Of a DNA stretch of 64,000 nt, positions 11,500 to 23,306 are shown piece after piece. A program made the translations under genes and the position numbers. The number at the start of each line of letters is the position of its first letter. The first letter of the stretch is position 1. The DNA is taken from positions 1,860,001 to 1,924,000 of the forward strand of contig CM007991.1 of the NCBI GenBank assembly GCA_002189035.1. The letters run 5' to 3'. The DNA is from Utricularia gibba. Lineage: Eukaryota > Plantae > Magnoliophyta. The notes beneath the pieces were generated by a model. That model ran no database searches, was not told the DNA's origin, and saw only the letters and a program-made list of their open reading frames with translations.

Positions 11500-14400
11500 T
11501 TCTTTTTGCCTGAAAGAGAGTAACAAGGAACAGAATCTCTGTAAAACCAGAAGAGTGGCATTGATAACACAGAAGAAGAGGAAATAGAGTAACTTGCACA
11601 GTTTTTATGGCGGTGAAAAATGCATGACAGGATTAAATTTAATGATGGTGGGGAGGAGTGGGGGTTCAGTCTCCTTCCCCGGCAGGCCATTCAAGAACAA
11701 GATGCTGCGACTCATTTACTTGCATTAACCAACCAACTTTTATGGGATTCTGTCAGCGGGTAACTTCACGCCAAACCACAAGTGCTGAATTCTCCACCAC
11801 ACCGACACAACAAAATTCGAACTTCCCACTCACGAATTTCACAAACCAGCAACTGGGTCTCGCCGGAAACAAAGAAAGCTTTCAAATTCTATAGTTTTAG
11901 CCCACGACTGCTAAAGAGCAGCAGCACCCAAATAATTTCCAAAGGAAGAAGACAACTTGAGACTGAACCCAGACGGGATAAGCGAAAAGGAAGAGAAAGA
12001 GCTGTAAAGGCATAGAGTTGAGAAACGAGAGAAAGCATCAAAGGAAATATCCTCAAGAAGAAGATAGGTAACAAACCTGTGATTGCTGAGAAGCAGAAAA
12101 TGTGAATGGTAAGATTTCTTGTTTCTTCGAGGTGGAAGAGAGGCAGGGCACAGAAGGGACACCAAGAGAAGCAGACTCTTAAAACAGGATGGAAGCGGCT
12201 AGCTACTCAAATAATCAAACACGACAAAAAAAAACGAGAGGGGTGTAAGAGGAGAAAAAAACTCCCCATTTTACAGTTTTCAAACCACACAAAAATTATG
12301 ATTCTTCTTCTTTCCTTTTCATATCTTTTCCGTTGAAGCCATATTCCTTTCTTGTATTGAACTCCAAGTGTAAGTGTGATTACGCAGAGGAAGGGTTAAA
12401 AGAAGAAAGAAAAGGGGCGTTTCTGCTGTGGGCGAAGAAGCTGTGGCTTCATTGCAAGCTGTCCTTTACGCTCAACCCCCTCTGTCTTGACGTTCAAGTT
12501 CTACGTCCCCACTCGTCCCCACCGCCAAGAAATACACGCAGTTCCCATTCAAACCGATTTTCAAAATGCAAAAAAGACCAGTAGCATTCATTGCCATACA
12601 ATTAATTCTAGCATAAGCTATCGTGTGTGCTGTGGCGCTGCCTACGCGTATACTGGGAAGGGAAGATTGCCCCTTTACTTCTCCAGTTCTTTTCTTTTTT
12701 TACATTTTTTCACCCAGACAATGGAATCTAATTCCCCCCATGTTTTAATCACCTGTTCATTTCGAACAAACATCAAGAATAGTAGTGTCATTACAACGCA
12801 ACAGATGTTGTAGTAATTCATTCGCTGCTTGCATTAGGGATGATACAACTGCATTCAAGAAATCAAGACTTGTAAAGATTCACCAAATCCGAATCTCCCC
12901 GAATCATAGCTACGAAAACGTGATTCGCGCAATATGCATGCAGGAAAAAAAATAGTGAAATAGAGTGGCCACAAGGTCCCTAGCCTTCAAAACACCAGAA
13001 TATTCCACACCTAATCGCATTCTTCTTAACAAAAACGTGTGTATTTACCTCGTGTGTTATTACAAGATGATGAGAATCTTGGATGAATTTGCAGAGATGC
13101 AGCAGCGTTGGTGTAAGGACTATTCACATTGAAATGAAAACAGTTAGCCATAACCACCACCAACCGTGAGGAGCAAAAAGCCTTGACCACATGTCCACAT
13201 CACGTGGGCTTGTTGTACTGCCGAGGCGACCCTCTCGGAGAAGGGAGATGGGCATGGGGAATTTCACATGTGCCATTTATTGAGTCCCTTCGTCCCCCAC
13301 AGGTCGTATGCATAAGTTTCTACTAGGACCGGGACGGATACGAAGAGCAACGCCATCATTTAACGTAACTTGATCTCCATCATCGAGTACTTCACTGCAC
13401 CAGATTCTCACTTTGAAATGTACGTGCATGTACACGGTTCAAGGAGTAGCTTAGTACAGTTTTACAGTTTCATGTATACATTGATCATATATCTAATTTT
13501 ATACTCATGTACTAAACGTGTTTTTCTTTTAAAATCAAATAAATTAAATACATCAATCAAATACAAATAATCTTTTAAATTTATAAAATCCATTTACCTA
13601 AATTCAAATAAACTAAACTCGAGTTTAAGCGTTACCTACGAACCAAACGTGGCCTAAGAAGATGAATAAGTCCGTAGTCAATTTATATTATAATCGATTG
13701 AGTCTAATTTTTTTAATATAATTTATATTTTTTTATATATTTAAGTTTTAATTGTATCATCAAATCTTTAATTTATGTAATTCTAAGGCGGCAGGCCCTG
13801 TGTTCGGAACTCACTCAAGTTAATCCTGGTTTATTTCGTCAAGGGTAAAAAAAATGACGGTGGAGTGGCATGTGACCGTCGCCTCAACGCGGATGCGCGT
13901 GGGTTCCACGCAAAAATCAACACCGCGTGGAGACGACGGCACCGACGAATTCATTTCGTGCACGTGGGACCCGCTCCGCCGCAAACTCCCCTCCCCTGGC
14001 GGGTCACACGCGCCGGACGCGGTTTGTTTCGTTTCAGGAAAAATAAAGAAAATGAATGAAACATTTGAACTAAATTACCATGATTAAAGCTAAAAATATA
14101 TTTAAAATACACACATTTTATTTTATAAATATGTATTGACAATGACATTGTTTTAATCAATATATTATATTTATTAAAAGAAAAATTTTGAAAAACGTGA
14201 CTGTGATAATTATGAAATATTCTTTAAATCATATATGTATTAAAAAATGTGTATCAAATATAAACTAATGTTGGTCCAAAGACGACACTAATCATTGCAA
14301 TTACGGATGTCTTGATGATGATTTGTGTTAGAGTTAGGTATTGGCCCAAATCCCAACTACTATTTTGTGCTCATTATTGTGATGACATGGCAATTGGCAG

Positions 14401-15096
14401 GGGCCCCCTTTTACGTGGACACGCAAACCCCCGTCATATGTAACTAACTGACACACATGTTGCACCATGTTAATCATGCTTTCAAATTAAAAACTGGATG
14501 AATTAAAATTTAATTTAATTTAATCGCCATGTTTAGTGGAAAAGAGCAAGAAAGAAAAAGACAGCGAAAAATCTACCTCACCGACGGCGACGGTACCGCT
14601 CCCAGCGTCGGTAACTTCATGACACGCCTCCGTCGGTAATGTTAATCTCACTTTTTTTGTAATTGTGTTATTTTTCAGGCATCTACGGCAAGCGGTCCTC
14701 CGAGGAATGGCAGCCGCCGCCGCGATATCAAGCCCTACGTGCACACTCTTTTTCACGCGCAGCCGAATCGCCACATTGAGTGACATTCACGCCCCTCATC
14801 TCCACAAGCTCATCCGCCAAAGGGCTGATTTCTAGATACCGGCGATTCCCTCTCCGCCGCCCTATTTCCCTACTTGACATCGCCGTGGGCTGGGTTCGTG
14901 TCGTGTTGTTTCTCCCCAGTTAATTGCTCGGCCTTGTGGGATAAACCAGGCCTGTACATTGGCGGTGGTTGATCGGAATGTGAGCGCTATTGCGTATACG
15001 AGGAAAATGACATGGGGCGGAGATACTGCCGGCCGGAGGGGAGAATCTGTAATCTTACTGCTGAGGAGGCACTTGAAACTAGAGAACGTATAGATG

Positions 15097-15284
15097 ATGG
15101 GCTTTGGGCTCATACTTTATTGGGCCAGTTTAGGGTAAATTGCTAATGTAATGGGCTTTTGCCTTCATGTATTTTAATGCAAACATACTCTCGGAAATTA
15201 AAAAAATATAAAACCGAGGGAAATATGAGGGCAATTAATACATAAATAGTAACCGGTTATGTTCGTATTTGCGATTTAGGGTTT
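15097..15284 (+). promoter_or_regulatory. Site II (TGGGCY) cluster plus telo-box in the NIFK promoter/5'UTR
   Basis: TGGGCT/TGGGCC occur at ~15098, 15105, 15121 and 15152, and TTAGGGTTT (telo-box, reverse) at 15276-15284. This combination is typical of plant ribosome-biogenesis genes. Confidence 0.6.
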
Positions 15285-15322
15285 CTGGTCCTTCTCTGGG
15301 AGCCGTTTCACTTGCCGGAAGA

Positions 15323-16934
15323 ATGGGAGCTAAAGCTAAGAAGAAAACGAGGGAAACGGAGGATTCTTCTGCTCTGGAAAATGGGGATTCTGATTTTCTG
15401 GTGTGCTATTTTCTTATTCGCTATTCTGTTTTGTCAAATTGGCCAAGTTTTGAGTCTTGATGATGAATTTAGTTGGCTATGCGCACGTTGTGACTTTTAC
15501 GAAAAACAGGCTTTGGAGGTTGGAGCGCCGCCGCGTAAACCAGTGTCAGGGGGTGGAGAAAATAAAGCAACAGTTTTGTATATTGGGAGAATCCCACACG
15601 GTTTTTATGAGAGTGAGATGGAAGGTCTGTTTTTGAACTTATGCTGTTACAACATTCCAGCCGTTTTAAAAGCAACGGCGTGACTCTGTGAATCTTGGCT
15701 TCTGCAGCTTTCTTCCAACAGTTTGGAAAGATTAAGAGACTCATGATCGTGAGAAATAAGAAGGTATATTACCGCAATCTAGCAGGTTTTCCGAATATAG
15801 AATGTGCAATTATGTAAAGTTGATGCACAGTTTATGTGTCTTCCTACATTGTTATGCGGTGGTCAGAAAATCACCACATATTTTTAGTTCTAGCATAATT
15901 CTTTTTTTTTCTTTTGGACAGACAGGAAAATCCAAGCATTATGGTTTTATAGAGTTTGAGTCTGCTGAGGTAGTACACTTGGAGTGTGGTAGAAATTGCA
16001 ACAGCCGTTGTTCTTCATCGATCTCTCTTGGCATACTGTTCATCCATTTAACAATTTCACCCACTCCGTCCTCTCCCTATGCCTGCTGCAGGTGGCAAGA
16101 GTTGTTGAGGAGTGCATGCATAATTATTTAGTATATGAGAGTTTACTGCAAGTCCGCAGAGTCCCCCCTGAACGAAATCACCGGAGATTGTGAGTCCCTT
16201 TTGCTTCTTAACTCGAAACAGTAGCCCGTTTCTGCTTTATGACTTTGAAATCCGAGCTATCTTTTTTATCGTGAAACTCTTTTCCTATTCTGATCTTGAG
16301 GAGACAGCGTTTGATTGTATAGTTATATTGAGTCGTATTATTCAAATGAAATTTTGATGGTGTGATGTTGTTTTGGCTATTTTATTAGTAAATTCAGAAG
16401 GCATTGTAGTTGCCATTTTTTTACTCATCCGGCACATGGATGTCTACGTTTTTTAGATGGAGAAATATAAACCGATTTAAGGAACACTTTGATCCAGTTA
16501 AGATGGAGAGGAAGCATCGGGATAAGGTAGGCATGGAAATGTGTGTTGGAGCCTGAACATTTTATTGTCTATTTGGCATATTAGTTGATGGGCCGATTTC
16601 ATATTTGAGTATGCTTTCAGGAGCGAACTCTTGAACAGCAGCAGAAGGTAGCCGAGAGAATAATTAAAAGGGACCAAAAACGTAGAAAGCGGATCAAGGC
16701 TGCTGGTATTGATTATGAGTGCCCCGAACTTGTAAGGAGCAGGAGCTTCAGCACTTTTCTTCCTTGCCTATGGCCCTCATCGCTGGCTTGCCTAACCAAT
16801 TCGTCATCATAGAGTCCTCAACATTGATTTTTCATTGTTGCATTTGGTCCCACTAATGTTTTCATCTGTCTTATGTCGAGCAGGTTGGTTTCATCCCAAG
16901 TGCTCCGAAGAAAATCAAACTTGATGAGGATTAA
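15323..16934 (+). CDS. NIFK: Nucleolar RRM protein, NIFK/Nop15-like (60S biogenesis)
   Basis: Eight GT-AG exons. MGAKAKKK start, RNP2 VLYIGRIPHGFYESEM, RNP1 TGKSKHYGFIEF, MHNYLVYESLLQV, and C-terminal IKAAGIDYECPEL...PKKIKLDED*. Confidence 0.9.
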
Positions 16935-17434
16935 GAACATCATCAAGCTATGATCAAGCTCCAAGGGAATGCTAGGATCCACAACTCACGAGTGCTAAAC
17001 TCCATGTTTGTTCATGAACAAACCCTTTCCGCATCTATTCAGCATTGTCATGTGGATGCACAATGAGTGGTTATTTTGGTTGTTGGTTCTTTTTAACTCA
17101 TCTCTTGTTCCAACCGACGTCTAGGCGTCACTGTTGACAGGAATTGGAGTGGTATGCCATTTTTGTGCTATACACAAGCTTCTACTGCAACTAAAGCTGT
17201 AAATTTTGAAAGAGCAAGCCTAGTGGTTTAGTTTAGTTAAATCTGGGTCAAGTTTATGCATGATGCATGCTACTGCTAATCACTCACTTCACAATGAAGA
17301 GTAGATACCAGGATCCCCGTCTGCTGTACTTGTTTACGATAAAAGAAACAAAATCACGAGCTCTACAGTTATTGCAACGGGAAGACCCTTCTTTCTATTG
17401 CATAAGCTCTGTTCTGTTGCTGGAATGGCACATG

Positions 17435-18687
17435 CTATATGCTATCATACTGACTCTCTATCATCTCGTGGACCTCACTGACAACCAAATGCGCTTTCTG
17501 TCCTCCGATCACCTCGCTTTGCTTCCGGCCATCCCTCCAAAGCTGATGGATGTGACGACGAAGAAGAATGTAAATGGTACAAGCACAGTAAACACTCGTA
17601 TCCGAGATGGGAGAATAAAGTTCACCTGTATGGTGGGCATCTTCTGCTTGGCATCGTGGTAACAACATTCGTTGAGACACAAAAAACGCAACTTTAGAGA
17701 AGCACACAGGCCTATTCTATGCAGATAAATGCAATAAAACTAGATGGATTTTAGCTATTTCACACTGTACAAACAGTGGACATAATTACGGTTTTCATCA
17801 CACTTGATGAGGATCAAGAGAAACTTACAGTAACTCCAGCACGAACCACAAGACGATGTGGTACTTTGTTGACATCGATGGAGTAAAATCTTACCCTGCA
17901 TTTGAGATTGCGGAAAATAGTGCATAGAAGCATGAAAGCAGGAATAGTTATGCAGCAATGCTATTTCAACTTTGTAAACTGAACCCAAAGAGAAACACCC
18001 ACTAAGCTTACCTTGGGTAATAATCAGCTGCTAGTCTTTCCAACTTTGGTTTCAAGTATATGCATTTCCTGCACCAGTTTGCTAACCTTCAAATTCACAC
18101 ACTTCAGATGGTCAGTTTCTGCTTATGTGCCGGCGTATACAGGAAAGAACATCAATCAGTTTTCAGGCTATTGGCAACGCATTCTACCAGATTACTCATT
18201 CACTCCCTTGATTCACAAAAAGCTACAATCTTATACGGTAAACTATCCCAGTAACTTAAATGCACAAGAGAAGAAGAAGCAGAAAAAGAAAAGAACAATC
18301 CAAGCTTGCAGTGCAGGAAAAATAAGCCAGAGAAAACAAGCGGGAAATCCAATTGACAGACAGAGGATACTACCATAAAACAACAACTGGTTCCTGCGGA
18401 CTTCGTGCCTCACCAACGACCGCATCAAAGTGAGATTCATCGCAGATGGGCTCCAATTCCACCAAAAGCGGCGAACTTTCAGGACCAAGCCTAGTTATCG
18501 GCCCTCCTCCATCACAACTATGGTGCAATGCGAACCTCCGATATTTTTCGAGATCAGAACTCTTCAAAAAAATAGAACCCTTTTCACTTTCGAAAACAAG
18601 TTTTAGATGAGCATCACTGGGAATAGCCGGACAGCACATCGAATAGCTTTTCGAGTACTTCAGGTTTAGAGGGATCGAGATCGCCAT
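17435..18687 (-). CDS. WCRKC1: Chloroplast atypical thioredoxin, WCRKC type (thioredoxin-like 3)
   Basis: Exons 18687-18374, 18086-18012, 17895-17829, 17643-17626, 17542-17435. They splice to ...[73 protein letters not shown]. The active site lies on short exons that the ORF track misses. WCRKC1 vs WCRKC2 is not resolved. Confidence 0.92.
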
Positions 18688-18913
18688 CCCAGCCCTTACA
18701 AAGATTTTAAAAAACGCAAGCGAACAAGTCAGCGAAATCGCCGGAAGTATAAAGTTGCCGTCTGGCGGCGGTAGGCGTTGAACGCAGAAAAAACTATGTT
18801 TGGAAAATCAAACATAATATATTCTCTGGGGTTGGTCTGAAGATTTTCCAATCCCATTTAAAATTTTAAATAAATTTTAATAAAAAATGTTCCTGTACAA
18901 CTGCCTGACTGAA

Positions 18914-21495
18914 TCAGGCCAAGCTGTCGACGATCTTCGCGATTGCTACGTAAGTTCCGATCATCGACGCCGCCACGCCCACGACGATCACCACCGTACA
19001 CAGCGCCCGCTGCATCGTACGGAAACACATCACAACGCATTTCCGTGTTTACACGTAGAGACCAGACCAGAGGTTCTTGAGCGTCCGTACCTGGTAAACG
19101 CTTGTTTTCCCTTCAGGAGGATCAAGTAGCAGCTACAGGGAAGGATTAATGTCTACGAATGACGGCCAACAGCGTTAGACAAAACCCAAGTGTTCATCGG
19201 TTGGAAAGAGTAAGGAGATGACCGTACCACAAGCATTGTGAAGAAAGAGCCAATCAGAGCCATAACCAGACCTGCAGAGTGAACCTGATCACCCAAACAT
19301 GGAGGGAAACAACCCGTTTGGATCAGAGAAACGTACCGAAGAAGGGGATGGTCAGTCCCAGGAGCAAAGTTGATATGACAAGTGCTGTCCTTATGAGGAT
19401 TGAGTAGATGTAGGATCTGGTTTGGGCTGCAGGGATCAGTTCTTCAAGGCACAGGGCAACAGGGGTCATGGTCAATGCATATGTAGTTAGTGTTAGGGAA
19501 CAAAACTTATGTATTTTCATCAGAAACCACAACTCCTGCTAAGGATCAACAACAGAGGGATGAAAGGATATTTTGTTAAAGGGTTGACAACCTGCGAAAG
19601 AAACACCCCACAAACACAAGTAGGTTATTACCAGAACTCTTGAATGATGTAAGAATGGGCTTTTTTGAGTTGTGGTTTTGGCTTACCGTCGTCCAAACAG
19701 CAATCTTGGAAGCAACTAAGTGTTTAGGCAGGTTGAGAGTGAACTGAGATTGAGTTGACTCCCCGAAAAGCAGGTATCCAAAGATGGCGACAGCAGAATA
19801 CAGCAGAGTGCAGAACCCAAAGCTGCACATATCATATATTCATTCACAAGTTCATATAGAAAAAAATGGATTTGGAATGTGGTAAAAGAATGGATTTTTC
19901 TAGTTGCCTGCACAGGAGGACAGCAGGGTACTGGCTAGGCTTCTTCATGGATGAATAGATGTTGGGAAAAACAGCATGACCGGAGTAGCAGTAGCCATAA
20001 ACACCGATAGCAACCGGGAGGGATGACAAATTCAATGTCGTCGCTGAAGTTTGAAACCCAATGCGATCCACTATGCCGACCCAAAACAAACAAGCAGCCA
20101 CTAAGAATGATGCAAGAACTCCAAGAGCTGAAAATTTAAGAAGAGAAGAAGTGATTGAGATCAATAAAAGAGTGGATAGCTTCACAATTATCTTGATTTC
20201 AAAAGGAAAGGGCACCAGATATGTAGCTAAGAATCCTTTGGTCTTTTAGCCACAGTGTTGGAAGAACAACCAGAGCAGCCAGCACAGCAAAAAGCTGCTC
20301 TGACTTCAACTGCAGCACTCCAAGGTTCAGATGTGCGCTCGGGAACAATGATGACAGATTATCGCTTTCCAGTATTATAAACTCAACACAGCAAGCCTGA
20401 AAAACAACACAACCACATCTTCAAAATGAATTTAAAAAGGTTGATGAGTTTTGTTTCATTGATTCTTGGTGTTCGATGCACTTACATATAATTCGACGTA
20501 CAGAATTACCTACGAAAGAGATTTGAAAAGTTAGAAGGGTTGAATTTCTCCAGCTGATAAATGATGAAGGGTATGTAGGAAAGAACAGAACTTACAGATA
20601 TGGCTATTCTCCCTGCTGTACCAAACGCTGCTTCACCAATGTCAGGATATGTTTCTATCCCGGGCCGGTTATCTATACATGCCCTTAAAAGGATTCCAGT
20701 GTAGTAAGAGAGCATGGCAAATATCAGCAGAATAACTAACCCAAACCAGCCTCCCTCTTTCACAGCATAAGGGGTAGAAAGGAGTCCAACGCCACAAAGC
20801 ACATTTATGCCTGCAGGATATAAAGAAACAACCCTGGCTTAAAGGAACAAAACTGATAAGGTAAGAAGCAGCAGCTTGCCATTACCGTTTAACACAGCTT
20901 GGCCATTTGAGCAATTGTTTGAAACCGGAAGCCCATTGGAGTCAACAACTTTGCCATCAGGCAATACGTACTTTGAACTGGATTTCCTTGAAGAAAGGCG
21001 CGGCAGAAGGGAATGTGAGCTTAACCGTTCTTTCGGTTCCTCATCCGCCTCTTTACCATCAAGAAAGGGCTGGCTCAGATGAGGCAGAATTTCCGATGTA
21101 TGCCTTCGAGTAAGCGATGTCGAAAGGAAGGAACTACTTAATCTTGTCAAAGTTGGTGTTCCAAGAAAGTTGAGACCTGGAGATGGTATACTGCTGTACA
21201 AATCAATGGACTGCCTGCAACAAAATGCATTTGGAATCAGCATCATGCTGACATTTGCTTAAACCACACCAAAAGGGGTGCATCCGAAATGAAGGGCAAA
21301 CCTGTAACTCTGAGGCCAAGATGGATTGTAAGAATTAGGCTTGCTGCGTGCCCGATTTTCGTTAGAGGCGCCGCGAGAGGAATGAGACGAATCGGACTCA
21401 TTTCCGTCATCGCTACCCTCATCTTTCTCAAGGGGAATCTCTTCCTCCTCCTCACTCTCTATGTACAGTAGTTGTTCAGGTGCAGAATTCTTCAT
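18914..21495 (-). CDS. AVT1: Vacuolar amino-acid transporter, AVT1 family
   Basis: Acidic N-terminus with SWPQSYRQSIDLYSS. NVLCGVGLLSTPYAVKEGGW, YPDIGEAAFG, YCYSGHAVFPNIYSSM, GLVMALIGSFFTMLV. Last exon ends KIVDSLA*. Includes a 24-nt microexon (VILYVELY). Apparent 1-nt deletion at 19105-19108. Confidence 0.92.
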
Positions 21496-23306
21496 TGTCG
21501 CAGCGCTCTCGATCTCCCTATTCCACCAAGCTTCAAACTCCAATCAGAACACAGATTTTGTACAACTACTTTCGGGAAACATGAAAATCTAAACCACCCA
21601 CTTCAGCACTACGCTTTAAAGCTTAAATGAGTCGAAGTAGTGGAGACGAAACATGAACAAAACGGATCATAAACTCCAGTAACAATAACAAATCATTTGC
21701 ACAAAAAGGTATCAGTATCTCACTTGGAATCTTCCGGAGTGTGAGACACAGCCGACAGATTTTACAAGAGGATTCTCTCCATTTTCAGTTTTAATTTTCT
21801 AGCGAAGAAACAGACAGATTTTTCTGAATAATTAAGACCCAAAAGAAAACAAAACGGACACCAGTGAAATGCTTCATTAACGCTCACTTTTGAATAGAAA
21901 CAAAACCTTCAGAGTTGGCTGCTTTTTCACAAAACTACCAACTTCTCACGCTCCACTTCCTGAATAGCCGCCCCCAGATCCAACTCAACCAACTGCAGTT
22001 TGCAACTCATACGAGGAAGACGACGACTGAAATGACAGACACCTTAAAAACGCCAGTGCTGTTGGATTCCTACAAAAAAATTCCGTTGACAGACATGATG
22101 GTAATTGTCCCAAATCATTGCTAACCTTCCATAAATATCTCCGGTACACGTGATTCCTGGTTATTTTTGGGCCCCGGTAAATCATACCGCATTTTTAACG
22201 GAAAACAGATTTTTCTTACCTTTTTTATTATCCACGTTTTTCATACTTTTATTGAATTCTAAACACATTTATCATATATACAAGTATTATAAATATCCAT
22301 CTATAAAACATAATTTCAATTATAAAAAAATAAAATAATGAACACGGTGGAAGGGTTGTTCCTAGGTTGTTTGGGGAGAGAGTGTTGTACTTTGTCCTCC
22401 ACGGGGAATGCAAAAGGGCAAGTGGAAAATAAATCTGTCGGAATTTGCATGGGTTTGACCCGCCTGGCGGATCCGGGTTTAACCCGAGTAATTAATATTC
22501 ACTTAAATAATTCCATAATGCTTATTTATTTTTTAATTCTATTTATTGTAAATTAGTTATAGAATGGCATTATAGTGTAATAACCTGTTTTTTGGGCAAC
22601 CAAGCAGGTACCATGAATACAAGAATCTTGGCGGAAAATAAGCACGAGGGCTTTTCATTAATTATGCAATAAATTCAGGTTTAATGTCAATTTCATTACC
22701 AATAATAGAATTGCCTCATGGCCTAGCGGTGGGGCCGTTCGGGTCCCTCCGCTCTCACATGCTGATAAAAACATTCTGTTTAATTTATTCATGTGGGCCC
22801 CAGCCCAACCGACGTTATGAAGATTAGTGTGGCATAGGCGTGGGCCTAGGCCCACTTTAATAAGGGGTTTCTTGAGGGAGATTCTATTGGCCCATGTCTG
22901 CCACATGGGCCCGAACCGCGACTTGGGAGTGGGTGGTTCGGTTTTACCCGATTGGAGGGTTTGCACCTTCGGAGGGGGATGGCGAGCACGACGGTTCGTG
23001 TCCGACCTCTGGGAATCCAGAGAATGGAGCATGATAGCGAAATGGAAACGGGAAGCGTGGTGTGCCGGTGGAGGGTTAGGACAACGGAATGAGGTCAAAG
23101 TCAAGAGTGGAGGAACCAAACAGCGCGACTCGTCTTCAAACTTGGGCGACACTTATTAATGTGTGTTGTCTACGACTTTTCAACGTCTGTAGGTTCCGCA
23201 TTTTCCATCGACGGAGGGAGAAGGAAGAGGAGAGGTTTGCCGATTTGTGGTCGAGGCGATTGGGGTTTTGGGTTTCTTTTTTGTCATATAATCGGCGAAA
23301 TCACGG

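Noticed and set aside
13073-13094. miR172-like string AGAATCTTGGATGAATTTGCAG
   Set aside because: It needs an indel plus several mismatches relative to mature miR172, and I found no complementary star arm at a hairpin distance.
14520-14786. Minus-strand ORF containing HVGLDIAA, resembling the peptidase M23 HxGxD motif
   Set aside because: None of the other M23 motifs (such as HxH) is present. A short chance match in GC-rich DNA is more likely.
18363-18370. GTATCCTC near the WCRKC intron 1 donor as a possible U12 site
   Set aside because: Using it would create an in-frame TAG. The GT donor 3 nt upstream gives the correct frame.
22451-22488. Small palindromic cluster GGGTTTGACCC/CCGCCTGGCGG/CGGGTTTAACCCG, and a solo CTGTGTTCGGAAC at ~13798 resembling the MITE end
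   Set aside because: Both are too short and have no paired terminus or target-site duplication, so neither can be supported as an element.
22658-23159. 164-aa and 110-aa overlapping ORFs upstream of PUB14
   Set aside because: They span a promoter rich in site II motifs, have no recognisable domain, and are explained by high local GC.
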